From a virus: a DNA stretch of 64,000 nucleotides. Below, one piece after another: positions 26,475 through 36,082 of this stretch. The notes below the pieces were generated by a model. It did not search any database and was not told where the DNA came from. It saw only the letters and a list, made by a program, of their open reading frames with translations. The stretch is taken from positions 32,001 to 96,000 of IMG/VR virus record IMGVR_UViG_3300027896_000010; one strand, 5' to 3'. Both the position numbers and the translations under genes were made by a program. Position 1 is the first letter of the stretch. Every line of letters begins with the position of its first letter.

Positions 26475-27521
26475 CTATTCCTCACCTCCCACATCTGCTT
26501 TGGGGATAGTCTTACCGCTCCTATACAGTTCCAAATGCTTGCTTACTTCATTGCCCTCCTCCACAATTTCCTTGACAGCGTCAAACACAGTCATATACCC
26601 ATAATGCGAGAGCGTTTTGTAATTGAAGTTCCCCTGCATCTCCATGGAATATTCCTCAGCCTCTTGGAATTCCTCGTGGCGTTCATTCTGTATCTGCCCC
26701 ACAAAATCGGTAATAGCTAAAGCATCATCTTGTATAGCCAATCCTTTAATGGCAAGCTGGTCGGTTATTCCTTCTCTGTCGGAGAACGCCTGTAAAAAAT
26801 CATAGTCCATCAGATTCCTGCGGTAGTCCATCAGTAACACATCTGCTAAGGTCATCTCGTCCTGCGCCCTTGCGAACTGTTCCTGATACACAACCTCTGG
26901 AGAATAATCCTCTGGCAGTTGGGGTGGACGGATTATCCACTTGCCTTCATCGATGTCATAAGCCGCATAAGACTTCAGGAAAAGCTCTGGTATCAAAAAG
27001 TAATTGACAGGCATGCGAGAATTTTCAAGGTCTTCCAGCGAGGCGTCCTTGCCATTTACTTTCGGCTCCATGAGATTTGTTTTCTCGTCCCATCGATAAC
27101 TAATGATATCAAAATCCTCGGTGAACAAATCTAAGTTATCTAGGTCTCCCATTACTGCCCCAACTAATTCACACCTGATGTCTTCATCGTCATCATTATG
27201 CCTTGCGTGAATCTTCTTGAATTCCTCGAAATCTGCCCACACAGTCAAATCGATATCGCCATTATCATCCCATTGATAAGACGCACTCGACCCTATTAGA
27301 TACAGATGCGTCCACTTCTCAACGTGAAGATATCCAGTATCTTCGAAATAAGAGTACAAACGTTCGTAGATTTCCTTTTTAACATTGGACAACATCTGTT
27401 CAGTTTTGATCTCAAAAAGTCGTGGGTTCAATGTGTTATGAGGTGGCTCAAAAAAACCCGCTTCAAGATTGTTCATTGTAGTACTCCTAGTGATAGTCAT
27501 TGTTGGCATTAGGTATCCCAA
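26475..27521 (-). CDS. Pol-beta-superfamily nucleotidyltransferase
   Basis: LIGSSASYQW...GDIDLTV, followed by PVNYF and AAYDI...WI. Confidence 0.75.
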   Translation of the reverse strand: MGYLMPTMTITRSTTMNNLEAGFFEPPHNTLNPRLFEIKTEQMLSNVKKEIYERLYSYFEDTGYLHVEKWTHLYLIGSSASYQWDDNGDIDLTVWADFEEFKKIHARHNDDDEDIRCELVGAVMGDLDNLDLFTEDFDIISYRWDEKTNLMEPKVNGKDASLEDLENSRMPVNYFLIPELFLKSYAAYDIDEGKWIIRPPQLPEDYSPEVVYQEQFARAQDEMTLADVLLMDYRRNLMDYDFLQAFSDREGITDQLAIKGLAIQDDALAITDFVGQIQNERHEEFQEAEEYSMEMQGNFNYKTLSHYGYMTVFDAVKEIVEEGNEVSKHLELYRSGKTIPKADVGGEE

Positions 27522-29311
27522 GTACGCTCGACTATCTTCGTTTCAGGGAATCGGAATCCACCGTGACCATGCCCACTAGGTCTTCCTCTCATCCTGTTCC
27601 TAAACTCGTCCATATCATAATCAGGTGTTACTTCTAATTTACGAGCGCATTCAGCTATGCAATCAACAATGTCTTTGGTCTTTACTTGCCCAGCCGTAGG
27701 TGGCTTGGGCCTACCCTTAACCTTCCTCACCTTTTTCATTTCCATCTTAGCCTCAATTTGCTCGAAGCATTTTATTCTCCTTTGCTCCAAGAGCATCTTG
27801 AGCAAATCATATCGTTTCTTGTTGAGACTTTCGGTAGCAGTTACCTCCTCTACTTTTGCGTGTAGCCCAATCCGGCCCAACTCTTTTCGTATTTGTCCTA
27901 TAAGCATCACACTCTCAAACTGGTCGAATGATATCTCCTGCAGACTAAATCTTTCTGCAAGACCTAGCGCGTAGTTCTTCACTTCATCATAGTCAATCAC
28001 ACCCCCGGGGAATTCCTCTGCGTGGAAAACCTGAATATGGTCGATGATAATAAGATTATTCATTTCCCTGTGAGCAACCACCAAGGGGAAATTAGCTCGT
28101 GTCTCTGATGGGTCACCATGCATGACATAGCGAATGCCGGGACTGGCAGAATGATGCTTCTGCTTCAGGTCTAACACAAACATATCATCAACAGTTCGAG
28201 GGTCGAAATATCTATTGACTGCTCTTGCAAACTCTGCCCCCCATACCGCCGCTGCTTCTTCAGGGTCACGAGCAAAATCTTCATCGAATGAATCTCTGGT
28301 ATATGTTGGATTGGCGACCCAAGTTGGAAGCCTTACGCTTATGACCTTCTCATAAGCATCTAGTGGCAGGTCTCTCATCCCAAGCTCTTCGTCTAGCACC
28401 CTTCCAAATGACAGAAGATACTGTTCATAAAACAAACCGCTCTCATCATCTGGGGTGCTTTCAACGATTACTTTTCTCTGATTGCCGTAGTCCTTGGTTG
28501 CAGGATAAAGAGCTTCCCAAACCGCATCGTCTGAACGATTGCCTGTCGTATCCAAATAATATGCGAACTCTGAGAGAGCCATAAATGGAATAGAAGCACC
28601 ACGCAGGGCTGGAGAGTTAGACCCCGCTGTCACCAGCATAATCGAATATGGTGTGGCATCTAGCTTCTGTTTCTTCCACACCTCTTGAAGCCGCTTGTCT
28701 CTGGGCGTCTGTAAATAAATAGACTGGGTAGTAGCTCGTAGAATACATTCTCTATTCTTGAACCAATTGTTATCCAAAATCATTTTGGATACTTCAGAGA
28801 AAAGTCTATTACGAGCCTGTGTATCAGTTGTGGAACCTAATGTTATCTGCATAACCGTAGCTGGGTCTATGTTAAAGAATTTGTGAGGGTTATCTAACAA
28901 CAAAAGCTTATAAAGCTCATAGCAAGCGATAAAGCTGGTCAACCATGACTTGCCAGACCGTCTTCCAGCGACAAAGACAAAATGCTCAAAGACCTCTCCC
29001 TTGACCCTAAGATTGCTGGCTCGTTCCAAAATGTCTTGTGGCATATACCCAACCGACCCAGCCCACTCAACTTCCCTAACTTCCTCATGGGTAAGTTTCA
29101 TATTATACAGAAGTTTAAGGATTATCTTCTGCCAAGGCCATAACTTCAGGCTACAATAGTCACCACTCTCAGCAAACGTAATAGGGTCAATGGCTGACAC
29201 TCCACTAGTTGCCGCCTTCGCAGCATCGAAGGCATCAATAAATGTGTGGACTGTGCCTGTCTGCTCATAATCATTATCTAATTCTGGTTTTTCTAGATTT
29301 TGAAGAGGAAT
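27509..29311 (-). CDS. terL: Terminase large subunit (track start GTG 29200; in-frame ATT at 29311 has a better SD)
   Basis: LWPWQ; Walker A VAGRRSGKS; ALRGA...LSE; ESTP coupling motif; RNase H-like HGDPS, DQF, KDIVD. Confidence 0.9.
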   Translation of the reverse strand: MPLQNLEKPELDNDYEQTGTVHTFIDAFDAAKAATSGVSAIDPITFAESGDYCSLKLWPWQKIILKLLYNMKLTHEEVREVEWAGSVGYMPQDILERASNLRVKGEVFEHFVFVAGRRSGKSWLTSFIACYELYKLLLLDNPHKFFNIDPATVMQITLGSTTDTQARNRLFSEVSKMILDNNWFKNRECILRATTQSIYLQTPRDKRLQEVWKKQKLDATPYSIMLVTAGSNSPALRGASIPFMALSEFAYYLDTTGNRSDDAVWEALYPATKDYGNQRKVIVESTPDDESGLFYEQYLLSFGRVLDEELGMRDLPLDAYEKVISVRLPTWVANPTYTRDSFDEDFARDPEEAAAVWGAEFARAVNRYFDPRTVDDMFVLDLKQKHHSASPGIRYVMHGDPSETRANFPLVVAHREMNNLIIIDHIQVFHAEEFPGGVIDYDEVKNYALGLAERFSLQEISFDQFESVMLIGQIRKELGRIGLHAKVEEVTATESLNKKRYDLLKMLLEQRRIKCFEQIEAKMEMKKVRKVKGRPKPPTAGQVKTKDIVDCIAECARKLEVTPDYDMDEFRNRMRGRPSGHGHGGFRFPETKIVERTWDT

Positions 29312-29505
29312 GACGAGAACCTCCTCTGAAGATTTTTGCTATCACATTGGGGGCATTTTCTTTCGCCGTCAAGGCGGGGAACTGTGCGAGGACGTCCAGC
29401 GATAATCTCAACAGTCTGGCCTTCTCCGCTATCGTCAAGCGTTGAAATTATAGTAACATCAAATACCTTGGCACAATCCAAGCATTTGTATTCATATACC
29501 GGCAT
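29293..29505 (-). CDS. FmdB-family zinc-ribbon protein
   Basis: MPVYEYKCLDC...F....CPQCDS..L.R.FS. Confidence 0.85.
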   Translation of the reverse strand: MPVYEYKCLDCAKVFDVTIISTLDDSGEGQTVEIIAGRPRTVPRLDGERKCPQCDSKNLQRRFSSFLFKI

Positions 29506-29514
29506 TGCCTTCTC

Positions 29515-29889
29515 CTAAAACATCATCTTCAGCCTACGCTCAGTAACCGTAAACCACTCCTTATGAACCAAAACTCTCGGCTCATTATTGACTACTGTTA
29601 TCTCCTTGGCTCTAGATACCACAACACTCATCTCACCTTCGTAAACCTGTCCAGAGTCCATCTCATGTATCACTATCCCCTCTATATTGGAGTCAACCCT
29701 GAACTGATTCCATAACCTTAATGGCAACAGCCAAGCCTCATTAGATTCACTATAGCCCGTGAACTCTCCAGCATTAGCGATACTAAGAGCTTTCACATGA
29801 GCCAAATTACCATCAAGCATGGCAAGAACCAATCCTGTACCACTTCTTATTGCTTTGATTTCAAACCCAATTCCATCTGATGTTGACAT
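29515..29889 (-). CDS. Hypothetical protein
   Basis: ORF track; operon packing. Confidence 0.65.
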   Translation of the reverse strand: MSTSDGIGFEIKAIRSGTGLVLAMLDGNLAHVKALSIANAGEFTGYSESNEAWLLPLRLWNQFRVDSNIEGIVIHEMDSGQVYEGEMSVVVSRAKEITVVNNEPRVLVHKEWFTVTERRLKMMF

Positions 29890-30605
29890 AGCAAACTACC
29901 ATCTGCCCATATCTCTAACCCTGCTTTGATAGCGGTTCTACAAAAAGCGATGTCTTCTCCTTGTCCATCCCAATCATATCGACAAAGACTTGCGGCCTTA
30001 TAGCTCATCAAATAAATAGCTCCTGTGACATCACAGGGGAACAAAGTTTGTGGAAATACTGATATGTGATTTGCATACTGCAAGTTCTCTTTGTCGGCAA
30101 AAATCATCACATTCGTTCTGCGATTGCGTGGGGTTAATCTTGGCTGGTAGGGTTTCCCTCTGATTTGAATCCCATCATTGTAAACACAAGCCGCTATGAT
30201 ATCTTTCTTGTGATTTAACAGCCTCATCAGCGTCCCTACCGGGGCGATAATGTCTGTATCCACACTGAAGAAATAATCCCAGCCATGTTCCACCACTTCA
30301 TCAAGCAACATATTCCGATAACTAGCCAGTGCATAGTAACGAGCCGAAGTCCTATAGTCAAAGGACTCTCCCTTGGCATGAATAAGCTTGATAGGATACT
30401 TATCTTGAAACTTCTCTTGGAACATTTTCATGATATGAACTGTAATATCATTACAATTATTGAGCACAAAAGCGTAACCGACTTCAATGTCAGAGCTGGG
30501 TGCGTGTTGAGCCACCAGTGATGCTAGGTAATCTGGTAGCATCTCTTCTCGGTTATGAACTGGCGCTCCAATAAGAATCCGTTTCTTACTCATTTCTTCT
30601 GCCAA
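29847..30605 (-). CDS. GT2 glycosyltransferase
   Basis: ILIGAPVHNRE; RN.LLD; FSVDTD; GEDIAFC. Confidence 0.85.
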   Translation of the reverse strand: MAEEMSKKRILIGAPVHNREEMLPDYLASLVAQHAPSSDIEVGYAFVLNNCNDITVHIMKMFQEKFQDKYPIKLIHAKGESFDYRTSARYYALASYRNMLLDEVVEHGWDYFFSVDTDIIAPVGTLMRLLNHKKDIIAACVYNDGIQIRGKPYQPRLTPRNRRTNVMIFADKENLQYANHISVFPQTLFPCDVTGAIYLMSYKAASLCRYDWDGQGEDIAFCRTAIKAGLEIWADGSLLCQHQMELGLKSKQ

Positions 30606-31564
30606 AGCTCCTCATAGACATCTGCTATTGATGACCAACTCTGTGACAATGCCCATTGTCTATTGCCTTCCATTACCTCTGGTGGTATGCCCTCCCGTAT
30701 TCTTAATGTGATGTCTTCAAGACTAATCACGCTTGCCGTGATTAACTTACCGGGGAACCATTCCACGTAATCTCGTTTGAGATTATTAGTCCATAACGAT
30801 ATCACCGACTTGAAATTCGCCAACCCCTTAAGCATGGATAAATAACCACCAGCAAAAACATAGCTGGCTTTCTCATAAAGCTCAGAATACTCGTCCATCC
30901 ACCCATGCAAATCAACATCCAAATTATAGGAACCAATATATTCAAGCAAAGACTCTTCTACCTTCGGATGACCTCCTCCCACAATATCAAGTTTTGGTTC
31001 CCAGCCATCATTCTTGAGACAAGCCAACAAACCCAAATAGGACATCAAATCCATATCGTCCCTTAGACCGCCTACCCAGATGAATCTCTGTGGCTCCATC
31101 TTATCCATCGGGACAATATCCTCTGCCCCAATCCCTCCCCAAATATTGAAATCACATTTGGTTCCATACCATCGCTCAAGATACATGCCAACACCAATCG
31201 AACCATCACATTTCTCTTTGATTATCTGACGCTTTTGCACCACCGATTCCTCTGGTGGATAACGCCCCTCCCAGCCGTGAAATGTCATAGTTATTTTGGG
31301 AGCATATTCACGAAGCTTATCAGAATAAGTATAGAAATCCTGACAGGCGATGATGTCATATTTCTCGGCAGGAATGAATCTGTTATGGTCGTCACTTACC
31401 CTGCGAATCTTGTATTCATACGTCAGCCCTTTCCAGCCGGGAGTGGTGCATTGAACCGTTACATCGTGCTTCCTTCTGGTAAGCTCCGAAGCCACTCGGT
31501 CTACATGAATCTCAACCCCGCCAATCAAAGGCAAATGGCGACCAGTAAGAAGTAAAATCTTCAT
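30590..31564 (-). CDS. GT4 (GT-B) glycosyltransferase
   Basis: MKILLLT...GGVEIHV..VA.EL..R.HDVTV; C-terminal SWS.IAD.YEEL. Confidence 0.82.
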   Translation of the reverse strand: MKILLLTGRHLPLIGGVEIHVDRVASELTRRKHDVTVQCTTPGWKGLTYEYKIRRVSDDHNRFIPAEKYDIIACQDFYTYSDKLREYAPKITMTFHGWEGRYPPEESVVQKRQIIKEKCDGSIGVGMYLERWYGTKCDFNIWGGIGAEDIVPMDKMEPQRFIWVGGLRDDMDLMSYLGLLACLKNDGWEPKLDIVGGGHPKVEESLLEYIGSYNLDVDLHGWMDEYSELYEKASYVFAGGYLSMLKGLANFKSVISLWTNNLKRDYVEWFPGKLITASVISLEDITLRIREGIPPEVMEGNRQWALSQSWSSIADVYEELWQKK

Positions 31565-31628
31565 GCTACCACCTTTTTAGAAAAATATTCTGTCCAGTAT
31601 TCCCTGTTGTAATTTTCTTGCTCATCCC

Positions 31629-32171
31629 CTACACCTTCCTCAGAACACAATCGAATGACCATTCGTTACCAAGGGTGTCATACTGCATCATCTTGGCTTT
31701 CCCTGTAGTATCAATCAGTTCAAAAATAATCTCTTTGAATTCCACAGGATTGAACTCCCTAAAATGGGTTATATCATGACCGGGAGTCCCGGGCTGTGGG
31801 GTATAGCGCCTATCAGGAACTATGAGACAGAGATGGCCCTCTGGCCTTATAACCCTTAGCCATTCTTTCAGGACGTCCATAGTATTTAAAAAATGTTCTA
31901 TGGCATGGATAGCAACAACAAAATCCAATACATTATCTTTAAAAGGCAACTCCCCACAATCAAAACACAGTTGAGCCACAGAGTTATTTTTCCAAGGCTC
32001 TGTCATGTTACCCCTTGGAATTATATCTACGCCTACAGCACCCGGGAAAATTCTGCCCCCGCAACAAACATCAATCCCATTGCCGTTGGCATAAGGCGAC
32101 ATGGCTTCATACTCGCTCTTGTCTATTTCTACCCAATCTTTAATCATCCTCATCCTCCTCAGCCGAATCAA
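31629..32171 (-). CDS. Class I SAM-dependent methyltransferase
   Basis: GIDVCCGG; LPF.DN.LDFV.A.H.IEH; WLRVIRPEGHL. Confidence 0.85.
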   Translation of the reverse strand: MIRLRRMRMIKDWVEIDKSEYEAMSPYANGNGIDVCCGGRIFPGAVGVDIIPRGNMTEPWKNNSVAQLCFDCGELPFKDNVLDFVVAIHAIEHFLNTMDVLKEWLRVIRPEGHLCLIVPDRRYTPQPGTPGHDITHFREFNPVEFKEIIFELIDTTGKAKMMQYDTLGNEWSFDCVLRKV

Positions 32172-32352
32172 ACATCAATTGTGTTTCCAGCGACAGTAGC
32201 AATGCTCGTAACTCTCTTATCGTGGAGATAAACTGAACCCACTCATCTCCTGCAATTTTATCGGACTTCTTATAGGCAAAGTGTTCGTCTATCAAATTAT
32301 GATTACGATTAGCAATCATTCCAATAAGACCATCAACTTTCTTCTGTATCAA
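32140..32352 (-). CDS. Small hypothetical protein
   Basis: ORF track. Confidence 0.55.
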   Translation of the reverse strand: MIQKKVDGLIGMIANRNHNLIDEHFAYKKSDKIAGDEWVQFISTIRELRALLLSLETQLMFDSAEEDEDD

Positions 32353-32361
32353 GATGACCCC

Positions 32362-33423
32362 CTATATGGCCATATTCTCATGGATAAATTCTTGGAATCT
32401 CTGTTTGCCACTTAGTGCTTGAATGGTCAATAGCTCCCTCGCCATTTTGATATCAACCAGAGCCTTTTCGTAATCTGATGTTATCCTTCCTACAATTTCT
32501 TCCAAATGTGTATAGTGGTATTTAGACCATTCTTGGATATACAATTCAGACACCACGTTATACATTGGAACGCAATATCGCTCTAGTCCACCTTGCGCTG
32601 ATAGTTCAAACATCTTGAAATGGTAGTTCAAGCTCACCAGCGGAGTCTCGGTTAAAATAGCCGCGACCATGCCGTGCAAACGATGAGCCACTATGATGCC
32701 ACATTTCGATACTTCGTCCAGCAGATAATCAATCTGGTTCTGCATATCATGAATCCTAGGCACAATCCATATTCTGGAATCGTCTATGTTATTTCTTAAA
32801 ATTTCGTATCTGGGGTAATCTCCGCTAGTATCACCAAAGGGAATCAGCGAGACATCATACCCGTTCTCAAGAAAAAATCTTATCTTGGCCTCGTAATACT
32901 CCATGGCATAAGTAAATGTGGCGATAAGACCGACCCTCTTATTTTCCCTTGGGTACTTACGGGCAAAGGGATATGTTATCGCCATATCAGAAGCCACAGT
33001 TACATCTTCTTCCGCTATCATTTTGAGATGATAAGCACTGATCTGGTCTCTGACGATAATCAAATCCATTGCATCGAATACCTTTTGCATATAGACCCGA
33101 CTATCATCTCGATAAATGACATTGACCCCCACATCATAGGCGATTATTTTGCTACCATATTTCTTGGCATTCAAAAAAATGCTGTAGATAAGCCCCTGCG
33201 AGAAGCCATCTTCTCCGAACCAGCCCCCGCCACCAGCCACGACGAAATCTGGTCGCATATCAGGTGAGGCAAAATCACAGCGATTGAGTATCATGTCTTC
33301 CCATGTCAGATAGCAAAAATGGGCAAGAGGGTCTACCTCTAAAATGTGTTGCTTGGTCGTTTCTCGCAACATATTATCCCCAACGTTATCCTTCCCGTAA
33401 AAACCGACCAAAAGATATCTCAT
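32362..33423 (-). CDS. Polysaccharide pyruvyl transferase family protein
   Basis: GFYGKDNVGD; GGGG; VRD..S; D.A; RLHG..AAIL..TP. Confidence 0.85.
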   Translation of the reverse strand: MRYLLVGFYGKDNVGDNMLRETTKQHILEVDPLAHFCYLTWEDMILNRCDFASPDMRPDFVVAGGGGWFGEDGFSQGLIYSIFLNAKKYGSKIIAYDVGVNVIYRDDSRVYMQKVFDAMDLIIVRDQISAYHLKMIAEEDVTVASDMAITYPFARKYPRENKRVGLIATFTYAMEYYEAKIRFFLENGYDVSLIPFGDTSGDYPRYEILRNNIDDSRIWIVPRIHDMQNQIDYLLDEVSKCGIIVAHRLHGMVAAILTETPLVSLNYHFKMFELSAQGGLERYCVPMYNVVSELYIQEWSKYHYTHLEEIVGRITSDYEKALVDIKMARELLTIQALSGKQRFQEFIHENMAI

Positions 33424-35199
33424 CTAATTTCTCGCCTTGGCTTTGACGATATAGCAATTGCTGACCGACAGGTCGTCGGCAACCACATCAAACCCTGCCA
33501 ACTGCATTTCTGCCCTCAGCACTTCTGGGGTATACTGGCGAACATGACCGTTGGGGTTTATAACAGAATCACAACATGGGCACCTGAGCGATGAAGCCAT
33601 CAGGCTCTCATTGATGGGAACACTGACCACAATAATGCCATCTGGTCTCAGCAGGTCTTTAAGTACCCGCCAAGCATCAAACGTCTGTGAACAGTCTAGG
33701 TGTTCTAGGGTCTCCAGACACAAAACCCATTGATGTTCCTTTTCCCACTTCTTTGGCATCTCGTCAAGCCTCATCATCCTGAAGTCTCCAGAGTAATGCT
33801 CCATCAACAACTTGATACTGTTCGGAGAAAAATCAGTAGCACTCAGTTGGGCATTGGGGAACCTATTGATTAATTCTTCAACCGCTAATCCATAGCCAGC
33901 CGCAACATCAATCACATCGGAAACGTCACCGTCCAACATATCAATAGTCTTTTGAATACGTGCCTTTGTGCCGGGATTCTCCTGTTCGAATACGCGATGC
34001 TCTTCCATGTAATAATCCCACATCGTTACGCTATTAAGTTCGGGGGCAAGCTTCTCCAGATAAGACTTCCTAAAAGCATCCATATCATCATTCAAAACTA
34101 ACTGATGTCTTATAGAATCAGCATCCCAGTACTTTGGCCGAGGTTCGCGTTTCGCTTCAAACCCAAGAGCCTTGATTTTATCTGCTAGCCCTAACTTCTC
34201 AGAGAAATCTTTCAACAACTGTTCGGCTCGTTTCTCATAACTATGGTCTCGCACGGCTCTTCTATATCCAGCCCTTCTCATAAGTTCTCGTTTTCTTTCA
34301 TTGGCAAGATAGTACTGTGCTTTCTCAATACATTCTTCTGCCGATGCGAACATTTCAATTTCTTTCCCCACCCTGAAAAGCTCTGGGAGATAGCTGAATT
34401 CCTGAGAGAGCATAAAACCGCCATATCCGGGTATCTCCATGTGCCGCATCTTCAGCCCAGCAACCCCTGCTGGCTGGTCGGAGAAAGCCAGATTGATTTT
34501 CGTCCTCTCGGCTATCGTCGCCATGTCTGGTAGCTCCACTCGGTCTCCCCAGTCCTCACAGCCCTTGCGAGATAATTCACATCCCATCAGCTTCAATTGT
34601 GGCAACGCTTTTTTGACCTGCTGGCATATCTCGTACCTGTTTGATTCGGGCCAATTAATAAGAGGGTTTCCACAAAATGCTATGTCTTGAGGCTCATAAA
34701 CCATCCTGCCCAGATTGCGCCTGTCTCGCCATTGAGTAATCATGCCATTAGGCTTTGGAAGACAATTAGAATCATAGCCAAACGGCAACCATTTAGCTGT
34801 CATCCCGTGTTTCGTGTATAAAGAAAGGCTGTTCAGTTCTGTGGTATATATCATGTCGTATCCGACAGAATGAACCAGAGAAACCTTCTCGAACCAGAAC
34901 GGGTCATCAATTTGCCATACAACCGTGAGTACTCCAGATAGCTTAATCCTTTGCAGAAGATTGGAAGTTATCATGTCACCCTTCGCCAAGAACATAACAT
35001 CGGGCTGAAACTCCTGCGTGGCTTTTAACACCTTGCTATCATTCTGTATCAACCTGATTCTTAATCTCTCTCCCTCTAGCTCCCAAACATTAGCATTGGA
35101 TACTATCTTCACCTTATGCCCTAGAGCCTTAAACCCATCCACTATTCCTGTGGTATAGAACCCCGGCCCCATACACTCGGCTACAACAAGAATTTTCAT
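33424..35199 (-). CDS. CgeB-type glycosyltransferase fused to a class I methyltransferase
   Basis: DDPFW; KINL...MR..EIPGYGGF.L; HSYEKRAEQL; then IDVAAGYG...ETLEHL...LRPDG. Confidence 0.85.
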   Translation of the reverse strand: MKILVVAECMGPGFYTTGIVDGFKALGHKVKIVSNANVWELEGERLRIRLIQNDSKVLKATQEFQPDVMFLAKGDMITSNLLQRIKLSGVLTVVWQIDDPFWFEKVSLVHSVGYDMIYTTELNSLSLYTKHGMTAKWLPFGYDSNCLPKPNGMITQWRDRRNLGRMVYEPQDIAFCGNPLINWPESNRYEICQQVKKALPQLKLMGCELSRKGCEDWGDRVELPDMATIAERTKINLAFSDQPAGVAGLKMRHMEIPGYGGFMLSQEFSYLPELFRVGKEIEMFASAEECIEKAQYYLANERKRELMRRAGYRRAVRDHSYEKRAEQLLKDFSEKLGLADKIKALGFEAKREPRPKYWDADSIRHQLVLNDDMDAFRKSYLEKLAPELNSVTMWDYYMEEHRVFEQENPGTKARIQKTIDMLDGDVSDVIDVAAGYGLAVEELINRFPNAQLSATDFSPNSIKLLMEHYSGDFRMMRLDEMPKKWEKEHQWVLCLETLEHLDCSQTFDAWRVLKDLLRPDGIIVVSVPINESLMASSLRCPCCDSVINPNGHVRQYTPEVLRAEMQLAGFDVVADDLSVSNCYIVKAKARN

Positions 35200-35215
35200 C
35201 TCAAACTCCTAGCTC

Positions 35216-36082
35216 CTAATACCATTCATCTGGAACAATGCCCCCGGGAGATGCGTCCGATGCCCCCTTGCGAACTTTCAACGGACGCTCCTTCAGATAC
35301 TCACCAAACTTCTCTTGAAACACTTTTAGATTGCCTTGCAGAGCCTGAGAATGATGTTCTCGGTTAGTCGGTTCCATCATGTGCCGAAGCTCAGACTTGG
35401 GGCAGTAGACGACTTTCATCCCTGCTTGCTCTACTCTCAAGCAGTAATCATCATCATCAAAATAAATGGGCCAAAAACGCTCCTCCAAATACCCTATCTT
35501 TTCGATAGTAGAATTCAGATACAGACCAAAACCACCATAATCACATTCATATTCCTCTTCGGCTGGTTCGTAGTGTCTTGGCTTGGTAGCATAGGCACAG
35601 ACAGTCTGCCCGTCACGCAATTTAAAGGCCCCAGCCGCCTGTATACTGTAATCAGCCCTGAGTTGCTTACTGGCTATATGTCCCGCCTCAGGATGCTTCT
35701 CAGCGCATTTGATGGCCTCTGAGAGCCAATGAGGCTCTACATAGACATCATTATTAATCAAATAGATATATTTATAGCTCCTGCACATCTTCATAATCCT
35801 ATTGTTGGCTTCGGCATACCCCAAGTCAGGACTATGGTCAAAAATCAGGGTCGCCTTATTTCTCATATTAGAAAACAACCATTGTGCCGTGCCATCTGTC
35901 GAACACGAATCCACGATATACAAATTGAACAAATCAGTATCACCAGATTTATACAGATGTTTTATCGCCTCTTTCGTCATCTCCAGCCGATTGCGGGTCG
36001 TCAATATAACTGCCGCCTTATTGGTACAGGTCTCTGAGAATTGCCGACCATCTTTCACTATACTTCTCCTTATTTTAGACAC
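35216..36082 (-). CDS. GT2 glycosyltransferase
   Basis: IVDSCSTDGT; LGYAEANN; LINND; YFDDDDYCLR. Confidence 0.88.
   Translation of the reverse strand: MSKIRRSIVKDGRQFSETCTNKAAVILTTRNRLEMTKEAIKHLYKSGDTDLFNLYIVDSCSTDGTAQWLFSNMRNKATLIFDHSPDLGYAEANNRIMKMCRSYKYIYLINNDVYVEPHWLSEAIKCAEKHPEAGHIASKQLRADYSIQAAGAFKLRDGQTVCAYATKPRHYEPAEEEYECDYGGFGLYLNSTIEKIGYLEERFWPIYFDDDDYCLRVEQAGMKVVYCPKSELRHMMEPTNREHHSQALQGNLKVFQEKFGEYLKERPLKVRKGASDASPGGIVPDEWY

Noticed and set aside
29293-29345. Programmed -1 frameshift fusing the FmdB gene to terL
   Set aside because: The frames are compatible but there is no canonical X XXY YYZ slippery heptamer (only five A's); an ATT or GTG start is simpler.
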